From Thermoanaerobaculia bacterium (GTDB lineage: Bacteria > Acidobacteriota > Thermoanaerobaculia > Multivoradales > UBA5704), in the NCBI GenBank assembly GCA_044226625.1, contig JBGAGQ010000031.1, forward strand, positions 1 through 64,000: 64,000 nucleotides of DNA, read 5' to 3'. Positions 28,092 through 38,166 of this stretch are shown in pieces. Under the pieces are notes generated by a model. The model saw only the letters and a program-made list of their open reading frames with translations. It ran no database searches and was not told where the DNA came from. The position numbers and the translations under genes are program-made. Positions within the stretch are counted from its first letter, which is position 1. Each line of letters begins with the position of its first letter.

Positions 28092-29039
28092 ATGTACCAC
28101 CCAACGACGCGCGTCCTCGCTTTATTGGAGCTGCTGCAGACCCATCGCAGCCTGGGCGGCGCGGAGATCGCCGAGCGGTTGGGGGTGGACCGGCGCACCG
28201 TGCGGCGCTATGTCGCGCGTCTCGAAGAGCTGGGGATACCGATCACCACGGAGCGTGGGCCGCTTGGTGGATACGGGTTGGTCGCCGGGTTCAAGCTGCC
28301 GCCGATGATGTTCACCGAGGACGAGGCGCTCGCTCTGTCCGTCGGCTTGCACGCCGCGAGGGCGTTGGGGCTCGACGTCGCCTCTCCCGGCGTCACCTCC
28401 GCCCAGGCCAAGCTCGAGCGGGTGGCGCCGGAGGCGCTCAAGCGCCGAATTCGCGCGGCAGACGAGACGATCGCCCTCGGCTTGCCGCGCGGGGTGAAGG
28501 TGGGAGTGGCCGCTGCCCTCTCCACGGTGAGCGCCGCGGCGCAGGCGAGGAGGCGCCTGTTCCTTCGCTACCGCACGGTGAAGGGAGTGGAGAGCGAGCG
28601 CGAGATCGACCCCTACGGGCTCGCCTACTTCGGAGGGCGTTGGTACGCGATGGGCTACTGCCACCTCCGCCAGGAAGCGCGCTCGTTCCGCGTCGACCGG
28701 ATCGTCTCGGCGCGCCAACTCGCCGAGACGTTCGTTCGGCCGGACAGTTTCGACGCCTTGGCCCATCTGGAAGAGGGGGTGGCGACGTTGCCTCGCGCGC
28801 ACGCGATCGAAGTCGTGATCCGCGGCGAGCTGGCAAAGGTTCGCCGGGCGGTCTTCGCGGCGATGGGCGTCCTCGAATCGGTCGAGGAGGGCGTGCTCCT
28901 CTCGGCCCAGGCCGACGACCTCGACTGGTTCGCCCGCGAGCTTTGCCGACTGCCGTTTTCCTTCGAGGTTCGATCTCCCGAAGCTCTCAAAGGTGCGGTC
29001 CGGAGGAACGCAGAGCGCTTGCTCGCGATGGTCGGCTAG
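28092..29039 (+). CDS. YafY/PafBC-like HTH-WYL-WCX transcriptional regulator
   Basis: RVLALLELLQ, LGVDRRTVRRY, GGYGL, LPPMMFTEDEA, REIDPYGL, WYAMGYCHLR, RSFRVDRI. Confidence 0.93.
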   Translation: MYHPTTRVLALLELLQTHRSLGGAEIAERLGVDRRTVRRYVARLEELGIPITTERGPLGGYGLVAGFKLPPMMFTEDEALALSVGLHAARALGLDVASPGVTSAQAKLERVAPEALKRRIRAADETIALGLPRGVKVGVAAALSTVSAAAQARRRLFLRYRTVKGVESEREIDPYGLAYFGGRWYAMGYCHLRQEARSFRVDRIVSARQLAETFVRPDSFDALAHLEEGVATLPRAHAIEVVIRGELAKVRRAVFAAMGVLESVEEGVLLSAQADDLDWFARELCRLPFSFEVRSPEALKGAVRRNAERLLAMVG

Positions 29040-29219
29040 CCGAATTTTCTCGCCGAGCTTCTGTTGCGGCGGAAGATCGGCCGGCGCCTGCTGCGTTGCG
29101 CTCGCTCGGACTCCTCGACGGAGTGTCGACTCCGCCTACGTCGTCCTCCCTTCGCGCGCCTTGCATTCACCGGCATCTCTTCCGCCTCGCTACGAAACCC
29201 GGTGAGAAATTCGGGTTAG
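29036..29219. mobile_element. MITE/REPIN-like fold-back element (184 bp, non-coding)
   Basis: Imperfect terminal inverted repeats CTAGCCGAATTTTCTCGCCG / CCGGTGAGAAATTCGGGTTAG; inner arms GGCGGAAGATCGGCCGG / CCGGCATCTCTTCCGCC; central hairpin GGAGT-GTCG-ACTCC. Confidence 0.7.
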
Positions 29220-29220
29220 T

Positions 29221-29576
29221 CCAGAATACGGGACGTATATTCGGAATACGGGACGTGAATGCAGGATACGGGACGAATTAGCAGAGTACGGGACGAATTC
29301 ACAGGATACGGGACGGATATCCAGAATACGGGACGGATATCCAGAATACGGGACGTTTCTACGGAGATCGGGACGAATTTCCAGGGAACGGGACGCAAAT
29401 CCAGAGAACGGGACGTGATTCCAGAGAACGGGACCGAACGACCGTGAAATGAGACGTGCGCTCGGGGAATGGGGCGTGCACTCGGAAAACGGGCCGAGCT
29501 CGGCGAACGTGGGACGTGCCGCCGCCGGCTCGCTCCCTTCCACCGACGCCGGGTCGTTCGGGCGGGAATCGGGACG
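29221..29576. repeat. 20-bp-period tandem array with invariant CGGGAC core (11 clear units to 29440, degenerate in-phase units to about 29576)
   Basis: CGGGAC at 29229+20n (n=0..10); after a 1-bp shift, related cores at 29450, 29470, 29490, 29510, 29550 and 29570. Confidence 0.95.
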
Positions 29577-29577
29577 T

Positions 29578-29650
29578 CGAACGAGCGCAACGCAGCAGGC
29601 GCCGGCAGATTTTCCGCCGCAGCCGAAAACCGGTGAGAAGTTCGGGCTAG
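29578..29650 (-). mobile_element. Partial inverted copy of the MITE-like element
   Basis: Reverse complement CTAGCCCGAACTTCTCACCGG..TGCGGCGGAAAATCTGCCGGCGCCTGCTGCGTTGCGCTCG matches 29036-29105. Confidence 0.75.
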
Positions 29651-32529
29651 CGCTTTCGCTTGCGGTTCGGCAGCTCGAGGAACTGATCGCCGAGGTCGGG
29701 CTCGCCCGAGGCGGCGAGCACTTCGGCTCGCGCCGCGTCGCGTAGGGCGACCGCGGCGGCGAGGTCGCCGGACTCGGGCGCGATCGCGGGGCGGATCGCG
29801 ACTCGGATCTCCGCGCGTCGCGGCATCCAACTTCCCGCGCGGAGGAGCGAGCGGGTGCCTCGGAGCGCCACCGGCACGACCGGCGACCCGGTTTCGGCCG
29901 CGACGTTGAAGGCACCCAGCCGGAACGCGGCGACGCCCGGGGCGCGATGGAAGGTCCCTTCGGGGAAGATCGCGATCGAGGAGCCGCCGCGGATCGCCTC
30001 GGAGATCTTCGCGGTCTCGCTCGCCCCCTTGCCGGCGTCGAAGCGCTCGACGAACACCGTGCCGAGGCGCGCGAGGAGGATTCGGGAGAGCCAGAAGCCG
30101 GCGAGCTCCCGCTTGGCGACGAACGCCACGTCCGGTGGCAACGCCGCGGTGAGCGCGATGGCGTCGAGGTACGACTGGTGGTTCGCGACGTAGATGCGCG
30201 GTCCGGGGCTTCTTTCGCCTTTGGATTCGGTTCGGATCGAAACGCCGGAGAGCCCGAACCCGAGACGCGCCGAGGCGCGTGCCAACCGTCGGCGGTTTCG
30301 CAGACCCGGAGCGAGCACCACGGTGAGCCAGACCGGGATCGTCAGGAGCGCGCCGACCGTCCAGAACCAACCGGCCCAGAGAGCTTCTCCCGTGCGGGCG
30401 AGAGCGCGCCGGGCGCGCCGCCAGAGCCCGGTCGCGGCCAGGCGGGCCATCTGCAGGCCGACGCTCCGCGTGCCGGAAAAGCGGCCGGACTCGTAGATCT
30501 CGCGCGCTGAGGAGCGTCGGATCTTGCCGCTCGACGTCTTCGGCACGGTCTGGGGCGGCGCGAGCGCCACGTCGTCGGCGGGGGTCCCGAGCAGCTCGAT
30601 CGCGCGTTTCTGGATCTCTTCGCGCAGTCTCTCCCGCTCCGCCGGGTCGCGCTCGCGGGTTTCGGCTAGAACGATCACCCGCTCGGTGCCGCTCTGCGGA
30701 TCGGGACTGCCGAACACGGCGACACAACCGCGGCGGAGACCTGGGATCTCGCCGACCGCCTGCTCCAGCTCGTGGGGATAGAGGTTTCGCCCGGCGCGGA
30801 AGATGATGTCCTTGCTCCGGCCGGTGACGTAGAGCTCCCCTGAGGCGAGGTAGCCGAGATCGCCCGAGTCGAGCCAGGTCTGCCCCTGCTGGCCCGAAAC
30901 CAGGCGGGCCGTGGCCTCGGGGTTTTCGAAGTAGCCGGCGGTGGCCGAGGGGCCGCGAAACTGCACGCGCCCCTGGCGTCGCTCCGGCAGCTCACGCCCC
31001 GCCTCGTCGGCGATGCGCAGCTCGACTGTCGGCAGCGGCAGACCGCAGCTCGGAAAGCGGAGGACGCTCCCCTCGCCCGTCTCGGCCGGCCGAGCCTTGC
31101 CTTCGGCGGAAAACGTCTCGCGGTCGATCTCGTCGATCGCGGGCGGCCGGCCGAGCGGCGGGAAGGTGACGGCGAGCGAGTTCTCCGCCAAGCCGTAGAC
31201 CGGAAACATCGTCTCAGGGCGGAAACCGAAACGCGCGAACCTCTCGGTGAAACGCCGCATGGTCTCCGGCGATACCGGCTCGGCGCCGTTCAGAGCGGCG
31301 CGCCAGGTGGAGAGGTCGAACCCCTCGATCGCGTCCAGGTCGGCGTCGTCGATCTTGCCGAGACAAAGCTCGTAAGCGAAGTTCGGCGCGGCCGAAAGCG
31401 TCGCGCGGTGGCGGTGGATCAGCTCAAGCCAGCGAATCGGCCGCGAGAGGAAGGTGAGCGGCGACATGAGCGCGAGGGGCATCGCGAAGTAGAGACTCCC
31501 CATCCAGGTGCCGATCAGCCCCATGTCATGGTAGAGCGGCAGCCAACTCACCACGGCGTCTCCCGGTCCGATCGCCGCCGCCTTGCCGATCGCGCGCAGG
31601 TTCGCGAGCAGGTTCGCGTGGGTGAGCATCACCCCCTTGGGCTGGCCGGTGCTGCCCGAGGTGAACTGGAGGAAGGCGAGATCCTCGGCGCAGACGTCGG
31701 CCCGCGGCGCCGCGGCGTCTCGATCCGATTCGAGATCAGCGACCGAGACGACTTTCAAACCGTCGACCTGGAGACCGAGCAGCCGGGCGAGCGGCATCAC
31801 CTCGGAGAAGGTGATCAGCGCTTTCGCCCGCGCGGTCGAGAGGATGCCCGCTTGGCGCCGCAGGTGGTCCTCGATCTGGCTCTTGCGCGCCGGGGGATAG
31901 AGGGGGACCGGAACCGCCCCGGCACGAAGGACGCCGAGGAACGCCGCGAAGTAGTCCGTGCCCGAGGGGAGCATCAGGGCGACCGCCGCTTTCGGCTCGG
32001 CCCCCAGCCGAGCCAGCCCCGAGGCGACCGCGCGCGCCCGCCGATCCAGACCGGCGTAAGTGAGCTCCTCCGGTTCGGCGCCCGGGGCGCCGGAATAGAA
32101 CAGCAGATGGCGCCGCTCCGGATGGCGCGCGACGTGCCAGTCGAGGACCTCGAGCAGCGTCCGCGTCGAATCGGGCGCCGACTCCGCGTCGTCGAGCCGG
32201 TCGATCGGGATCTCGATCGAGGTCGAAAATGCTGCGGCCGAGCCGGGGTCGCCGCCTGACGCCTTGCCGATCGCCGCGAGCAGGTCGCGAGGCGTCTCTA
32301 CCGCGGTCAGCACCTCCTCGCCGAGCCGAACGGCGAACGCCTTCTCGCAGCGGCGAAGCAGCTCCACCCGCCCGAGCGAGTCGAGCCCGAGGTCGCGCTC
32401 GAGGTTCGAGTCCAAGGTGACCGCCGGTTTCCGCCCCGCGGAAGACAGCTCCGCCGCGAGGCGCGACACCTCGTCGAGCAGACGGGCGGGAGCGGCGGCT
32501 TGCCGATCGGGGAGGGGATCTTCGGGCAC
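29647..32529 (-). CDS. Trifunctional ACP - fatty acyl-AMP ligase - PlsC-type acyltransferase fusion
   Basis: LGLDSL (Ppant Ser), FLQFTSGSTGQPKG, SWLPLYHDMGLIG, YGLAE, DSGDLG, PKTSSGKIRR, NHQSYLD, FPEGT. Confidence 0.9.
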   Translation of the reverse strand: MPEDPLPDRQAAAPARLLDEVSRLAAELSSAGRKPAVTLDSNLERDLGLDSLGRVELLRRCEKAFAVRLGEEVLTAVETPRDLLAAIGKASGGDPGSAAAFSTSIEIPIDRLDDAESAPDSTRTLLEVLDWHVARHPERRHLLFYSGAPGAEPEELTYAGLDRRARAVASGLARLGAEPKAAVALMLPSGTDYFAAFLGVLRAGAVPVPLYPPARKSQIEDHLRRQAGILSTARAKALITFSEVMPLARLLGLQVDGLKVVSVADLESDRDAAAPRADVCAEDLAFLQFTSGSTGQPKGVMLTHANLLANLRAIGKAAAIGPGDAVVSWLPLYHDMGLIGTWMGSLYFAMPLALMSPLTFLSRPIRWLELIHRHRATLSAAPNFAYELCLGKIDDADLDAIEGFDLSTWRAALNGAEPVSPETMRRFTERFARFGFRPETMFPVYGLAENSLAVTFPPLGRPPAIDEIDRETFSAEGKARPAETGEGSVLRFPSCGLPLPTVELRIADEAGRELPERRQGRVQFRGPSATAGYFENPEATARLVSGQQGQTWLDSGDLGYLASGELYVTGRSKDIIFRAGRNLYPHELEQAVGEIPGLRRGCVAVFGSPDPQSGTERVIVLAETRERDPAERERLREEIQKRAIELLGTPADDVALAPPQTVPKTSSGKIRRSSAREIYESGRFSGTRSVGLQMARLAATGLWRRARRALARTGEALWAGWFWTVGALLTIPVWLTVVLAPGLRNRRRLARASARLGFGLSGVSIRTESKGERSPGPRIYVANHQSYLDAIALTAALPPDVAFVAKRELAGFWLSRILLARLGTVFVERFDAGKGASETAKISEAIRGGSSIAIFPEGTFHRAPGVAAFRLGAFNVAAETGSPVVPVALRGTRSLLRAGSWMPRRAEIRVAIRPAIAPESGDLAAAVALRDAARAEVLAASGEPDLGDQFLELPNRKRKR

Positions 32530-32665
32530 GAGAGACTCCGGACGCGCGGGGCGCGGCGGGAGAGTCTACCGCGCCCCTCTCTCGACTTTCGGCGCGGCGC
32601 GGACGAGGGCTCGGCTTCCAGAGCGGAGCGCGGGGTTCGGCTTGTTCGTGGGGTCGTCAGCCGGC

Positions 32666-33685
32666 CTACCAGGTCGGCGGCAGCGGCGAATAGCCGGCGA
32701 TCGACCGATTCGCGCGTTCGAGGATTTCCCCTCGCAGGGAGGCGTCAATCCCCGCGCCAAGAATCCAACCTTCCTCCCGACAGAGCGCAGGGTCTGAGAG
32801 GTCAACGACCGCGCCCGGTGCGAAGAGGGCGCCAAGGCGATTCTCGGCGTCCAGGCCGCGCAGGACGTCAACCAGGGTGGAAACCTGAGCTTCATCACGG
32901 CATGAAAACCCTGAGTCGTTCAGTGTGCTGCTCGGTGATTCGAGAACTCCGGGCCAGATCTCCGCATGGAGGAAGTAAGGTCCCCGGTCTGGGCTGGGAG
33001 TGGCGGTGAATCCGGTTTCGAACGGCCAGACCCGGCTTAGGTTCCGAAACTTTTCGACCAGGGCGTGGACTACCGGGATGCCGAGCAGTGCTTGGCCACC
33101 GACCGAGCCCGAGGTGAAGAGCTTCCAGGCCGATTGGATCGTCGGCCTCCCTTCTTCGCGAAGCCGAAGCTCAGTCTTCCGATATTCACGGAGGCCCAAC
33201 GCTTCGGACACCGTTTGGAAGTCGGGGCGGTTGAATCTGAGGTAGCCCCCCTCGGGTTCGGAGGGACAGGCCCAGAACGGACCAACGAACGAAGTGGCAC
33301 CTATCCTTTGATTCAGGTCTGCGGCGGCCTTAAAGCGGTCGTTCTTGTTCGGAATGCCGTCCAGATCGTCGTGGATCGCGCCTGTGATTTCCGACCAGAC
33401 GCTCCTCCAAGCCTCGCGCTCGTCGATCTTCAGACAGCGGGCGAATCCTTGCGGATACCCGTAGGCGAAATCGAAGCCCACGAGGACCCTGAGCTTTCGC
33501 TCCACCGCATCGGAGAGCAGAGCCTCCGCTAGGTGCCGCGCCCTCCGGCGAGTCGCCAGATTGGCCGTACGTGGAGGGCTCAGTTCTCCGGCTCGTCCCC
33601 ACGCCGCCCAGATGCTGTCCCTCCCCGTCTTGGGAACCGAGCTCGCGCTCCAATCGACCATCAGATAGGCATCAAAGAGCGGCAA
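32666..33685 (-). CDS. DUF429-like / predicted RNase H-fold nuclease-like protein
   Basis: AAGGAGG RBS before TTG; motifs VDWSA, GFDFAYGYP, VWPFETG, EIWP, EEGWILG; visibly less GC-rich than neighbours. Confidence 0.6.
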   Translation of the reverse strand: MPLFDAYLMVDWSASSVPKTGRDSIWAAWGRAGELSPPRTANLATRRRARHLAEALLSDAVERKLRVLVGFDFAYGYPQGFARCLKIDEREAWRSVWSEITGAIHDDLDGIPNKNDRFKAAADLNQRIGATSFVGPFWACPSEPEGGYLRFNRPDFQTVSEALGLREYRKTELRLREEGRPTIQSAWKLFTSGSVGGQALLGIPVVHALVEKFRNLSRVWPFETGFTATPSPDRGPYFLHAEIWPGVLESPSSTLNDSGFSCRDEAQVSTLVDVLRGLDAENRLGALFAPGAVVDLSDPALCREEGWILGAGIDASLRGEILERANRSIAGYSPLPPTW

Positions 33686-33710
33686 ACTTAGTTCCTCCTT
33701 AAAGCCGTTC

Positions 33711-34469
33711 TCAAGTTAGTCGAGTCGCCCGTCCCTGCCGCGCGACGCGCAGGGCGGCGAGCCGTTGCTTGCGTTTCCAGCCCACGACGAGTCGCGGGAC
33801 GAAGATCAGCGCGGCAAGTGCCAGGAGGGCGAGGCCCATGCGGGCGAGGACCGCTTGCCGTTCGGCCGCGGCGGCGCGGGAGAGCTCGGCGGCAAACCAG
33901 GTGTAGAGGAGAACGGGCGGCGTGACCCCGAGAGCCGTCGAGGTCAAGAAGGTTCCGGGCTTCATGCCGACCAGGGCGGCCGCGTAGTTGAGCACGGTGA
34001 ACGGGAAGGGGAGGAAGCGGATCCCGACCAGGCTCCAGAAACTGCTGCGGGTGAGGCGCCTCTCGAGCCTCTTCAGCCGCTGGCCGCCGAGATGCTCGAC
34101 GAAGTCGCGTCCCAGGAAGCGGCCGAGGAAGTAGGTGAGCGAACCTCCCGCCATCACCCCGAGGAAGGTGTAGAGCGAGCCTTCCCAGAGCCCGAAGACG
34201 ATTCCGCCCGCGAGCATGAGAGGAGAGGCGGGAACGCCGAACGGCAGCAGGGCCACGTAGGCGCCGAGGAACGCCAAGGGGGCCCAGGGATTGCCGCGCA
34301 AGCGGAGGAGGAGCGCCTCGAGCGCCGGGCCGGTCAGCTGGTCCCGAAGGGGGGTGAAACGGATCGCGACGAATCCTCCGGCGACGATTGCGCCGAGCGC
34401 CATGAACTTCCACAGGTGCCGGCGGTGGGAGACGTGAGGTCCCGCGTCGAGGGAGGGATCGTTCGACAT
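33711..34469 (-). CDS. TVP38/TMEM64 (VTT, DedA superfamily) membrane protein
   Basis: GVPASPLMLAGGIVFG, YFLGRFLGRDFV, RFLPFPFTVLNYAA. Confidence 0.9.
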   Translation of the reverse strand: MSNDPSLDAGPHVSHRRHLWKFMALGAIVAGGFVAIRFTPLRDQLTGPALEALLLRLRGNPWAPLAFLGAYVALLPFGVPASPLMLAGGIVFGLWEGSLYTFLGVMAGGSLTYFLGRFLGRDFVEHLGGQRLKRLERRLTRSSFWSLVGIRFLPFPFTVLNYAAALVGMKPGTFLTSTALGVTPPVLLYTWFAAELSRAAAAERQAVLARMGLALLALAALIFVPRLVVGWKRKQRLAALRVARQGRATRLT

Positions 34470-34517
34470 GAGGAGTACGGCGGGGACGGCGGACCGTTGC
34501 GGTGGTCCAGGAAAGCG

Positions 34518-34814
34518 TCAGCCGACGCGGCCGCTCTCGGTGAGGCCGTCGAGCTCGGCGGGAGCCTCTTCGGCGCCTTCCCAAAGGAAGAACCGGCGCA
34601 TCTGGCGATCGAGCGTCTCTTGCGCGCGGGGATCCATGAAGTTCAGCCGCAGCTCGTTGATCACCATGACTTCCATCCCCTGCCAGGCCGCCCAGCAGTC
34701 GGCGCAGACCCGCTCCTGCACTTCCTTGCCGACCGGGCCGGGAAGGGGGGCTCGCGCCAACGCCGGTGCGTCCGGTCGTCCGCAGCGGGTGCAGGGCTGA
34801 GCGAGGGGCGCCAT
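34518..34814 (-). CDS. Fe(II)-trafficking / oxidative damage protection protein (YggX-like)
   Basis: PLPGPVGKEVQERVCADCWAAW..MVINELRLNFMDP..LDRQMRRFF; C-terminal part of ORF 34518..35732. Confidence 0.85.
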   Translation of the reverse strand: MAPLAQPCTRCGRPDAPALARAPLPGPVGKEVQERVCADCWAAWQGMEVMVINELRLNFMDPRAQETLDRQMRRFFLWEGAEEAPAELDGLTESGRVG

Positions 34815-34819
34815 TCCGA

Positions 34820-35778
<959 letters not shown>

Positions 35779-35782
<4 letters not shown>

Positions 35783-37101
35783 GCGCGGGCCCTCCGGCCG
35801 TCCGGACGCCCGATCGAGACGTAGTCGAAACCGGCTTCCGCCATCTTGTCGGCCTCGTAGAGATTCCGGAGGTCGATGATCAACGGCGTCTTGAGCAGTC
35901 CTTGCAGGCGCTCGAGCTCGAGCTTTCGGAACGGGTTCCACTCGGTGAGGATGATCATGGCGTCGGCGCCCGAGGCCGCCTCGTACGCGTTGTCGCAGAA
36001 CGTCGCCTCGGGCAGCAACGGGCGGCAGGCATCCATCGCGGCCGGATCGAACGTTCGAACGTTCGCGCCGCCGTCGATCAGCGCGCGGACGATCGGCAGG
36101 GCGGGCGACTCGCGGATGTCGTCGGTATTCGGTTTGAACGCGAGACCGAGCACCGCCAGCGTCTTGCCAGAGATCTCGCCCAGCTCGCGGGTCACCTTGT
36201 CGACCATGCGGCGCTGGGTCTCTTCGTTCACGGAGAGCACCGCCTCGATGATCCGGAACTCGCGGCCGTATTCGCGCGCGATCTGCGCGACGGCGCGGGT
36301 GTCCTTCGGGAAGCAGGAGCCGCCGAAGCCGGGGCCTGCGCTGAGGAACTTCGGGCCGATCCGATTGTCGAGACCCATGCCGCGCGCGACCACCTCGACG
36401 TTCGCGCCCAGCGCCTCGCAGAGCACGGCGATCTCGTTGATGAACGAAATCTTCGTCGCGAGGAAGCCGTTGCTCGCATACTTGATCAACTCGGCGCTCT
36501 CGACGTCGGTGATCACGAACGGCACGTCGGCGGCGTGCAAAGGCGAGTAGACGTCGAGCATCATCTCGATCGCGCGCGGGTCTCGGGTCCCGATCACCAC
36601 GCGGTCGGGCTGCATGAAGTCTTCGATCGCGGACCCCTCGCGCAAGAACTCGGGGTTGCTGACCACCGCGAACGGGTGGTTTCCGGACGATCCGGTGCGG
36701 ACGATCTCCTCGATCATCTTGCCGGTGCCGATCGGCACCGTGCTCTTCGTGACCACCACCTTGTAGCCGTTCAGGTGCTTGCCGATCGAGGTCGCGACCT
36801 CGCGGATGAAGGTCAGGTCGGCCGAACCGTCGGGAAGGGGCGGCGTTCCGACCGCGATGAAGATCACCTGGGCGCCTTCGATCGCGGGACCCAGGTCGGT
36901 CGTGAAGCGGAGACGCCCTTCCGCCATGTTCTTCTGCACGATGGTTTCGAGGCCCGGCTCGTAGATCGGCACGCGTCCGCCCGTAAGCATCGAAACCTTT
37001 GCGGCGTCCTTGTCGACCCCGACGACGTTCATCCCGAAATCGGCCAGGCACGCCCCGGTGACCAGGCCGACGTAGCCGCTACCCACGACGCAGACATTCA
37101 T
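35779..37101 (-). CDS. ugd: UDP-glucose 6-dehydrogenase
   Basis: [51 protein letters not shown]. Confidence 0.95.
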
Positions 37102-37144
37102 CGTTAAAAGCTCGCTCGCATGAAATGGAAACTGGGGATCGGAG

Positions 37145-38161
<1,017 letters not shown>

Positions 38162-38166
38162 CTGAA

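Noticed and set aside
29221-29576. CRISPR, TIGR-like or DGR interpretation of the 20-bp array
   Set aside because: The constant part is only 6-7 bp, the variable parts are short and related to each other, variation is not restricted to adenines, and no cas, Nop-domain or reverse-transcriptase gene is nearby
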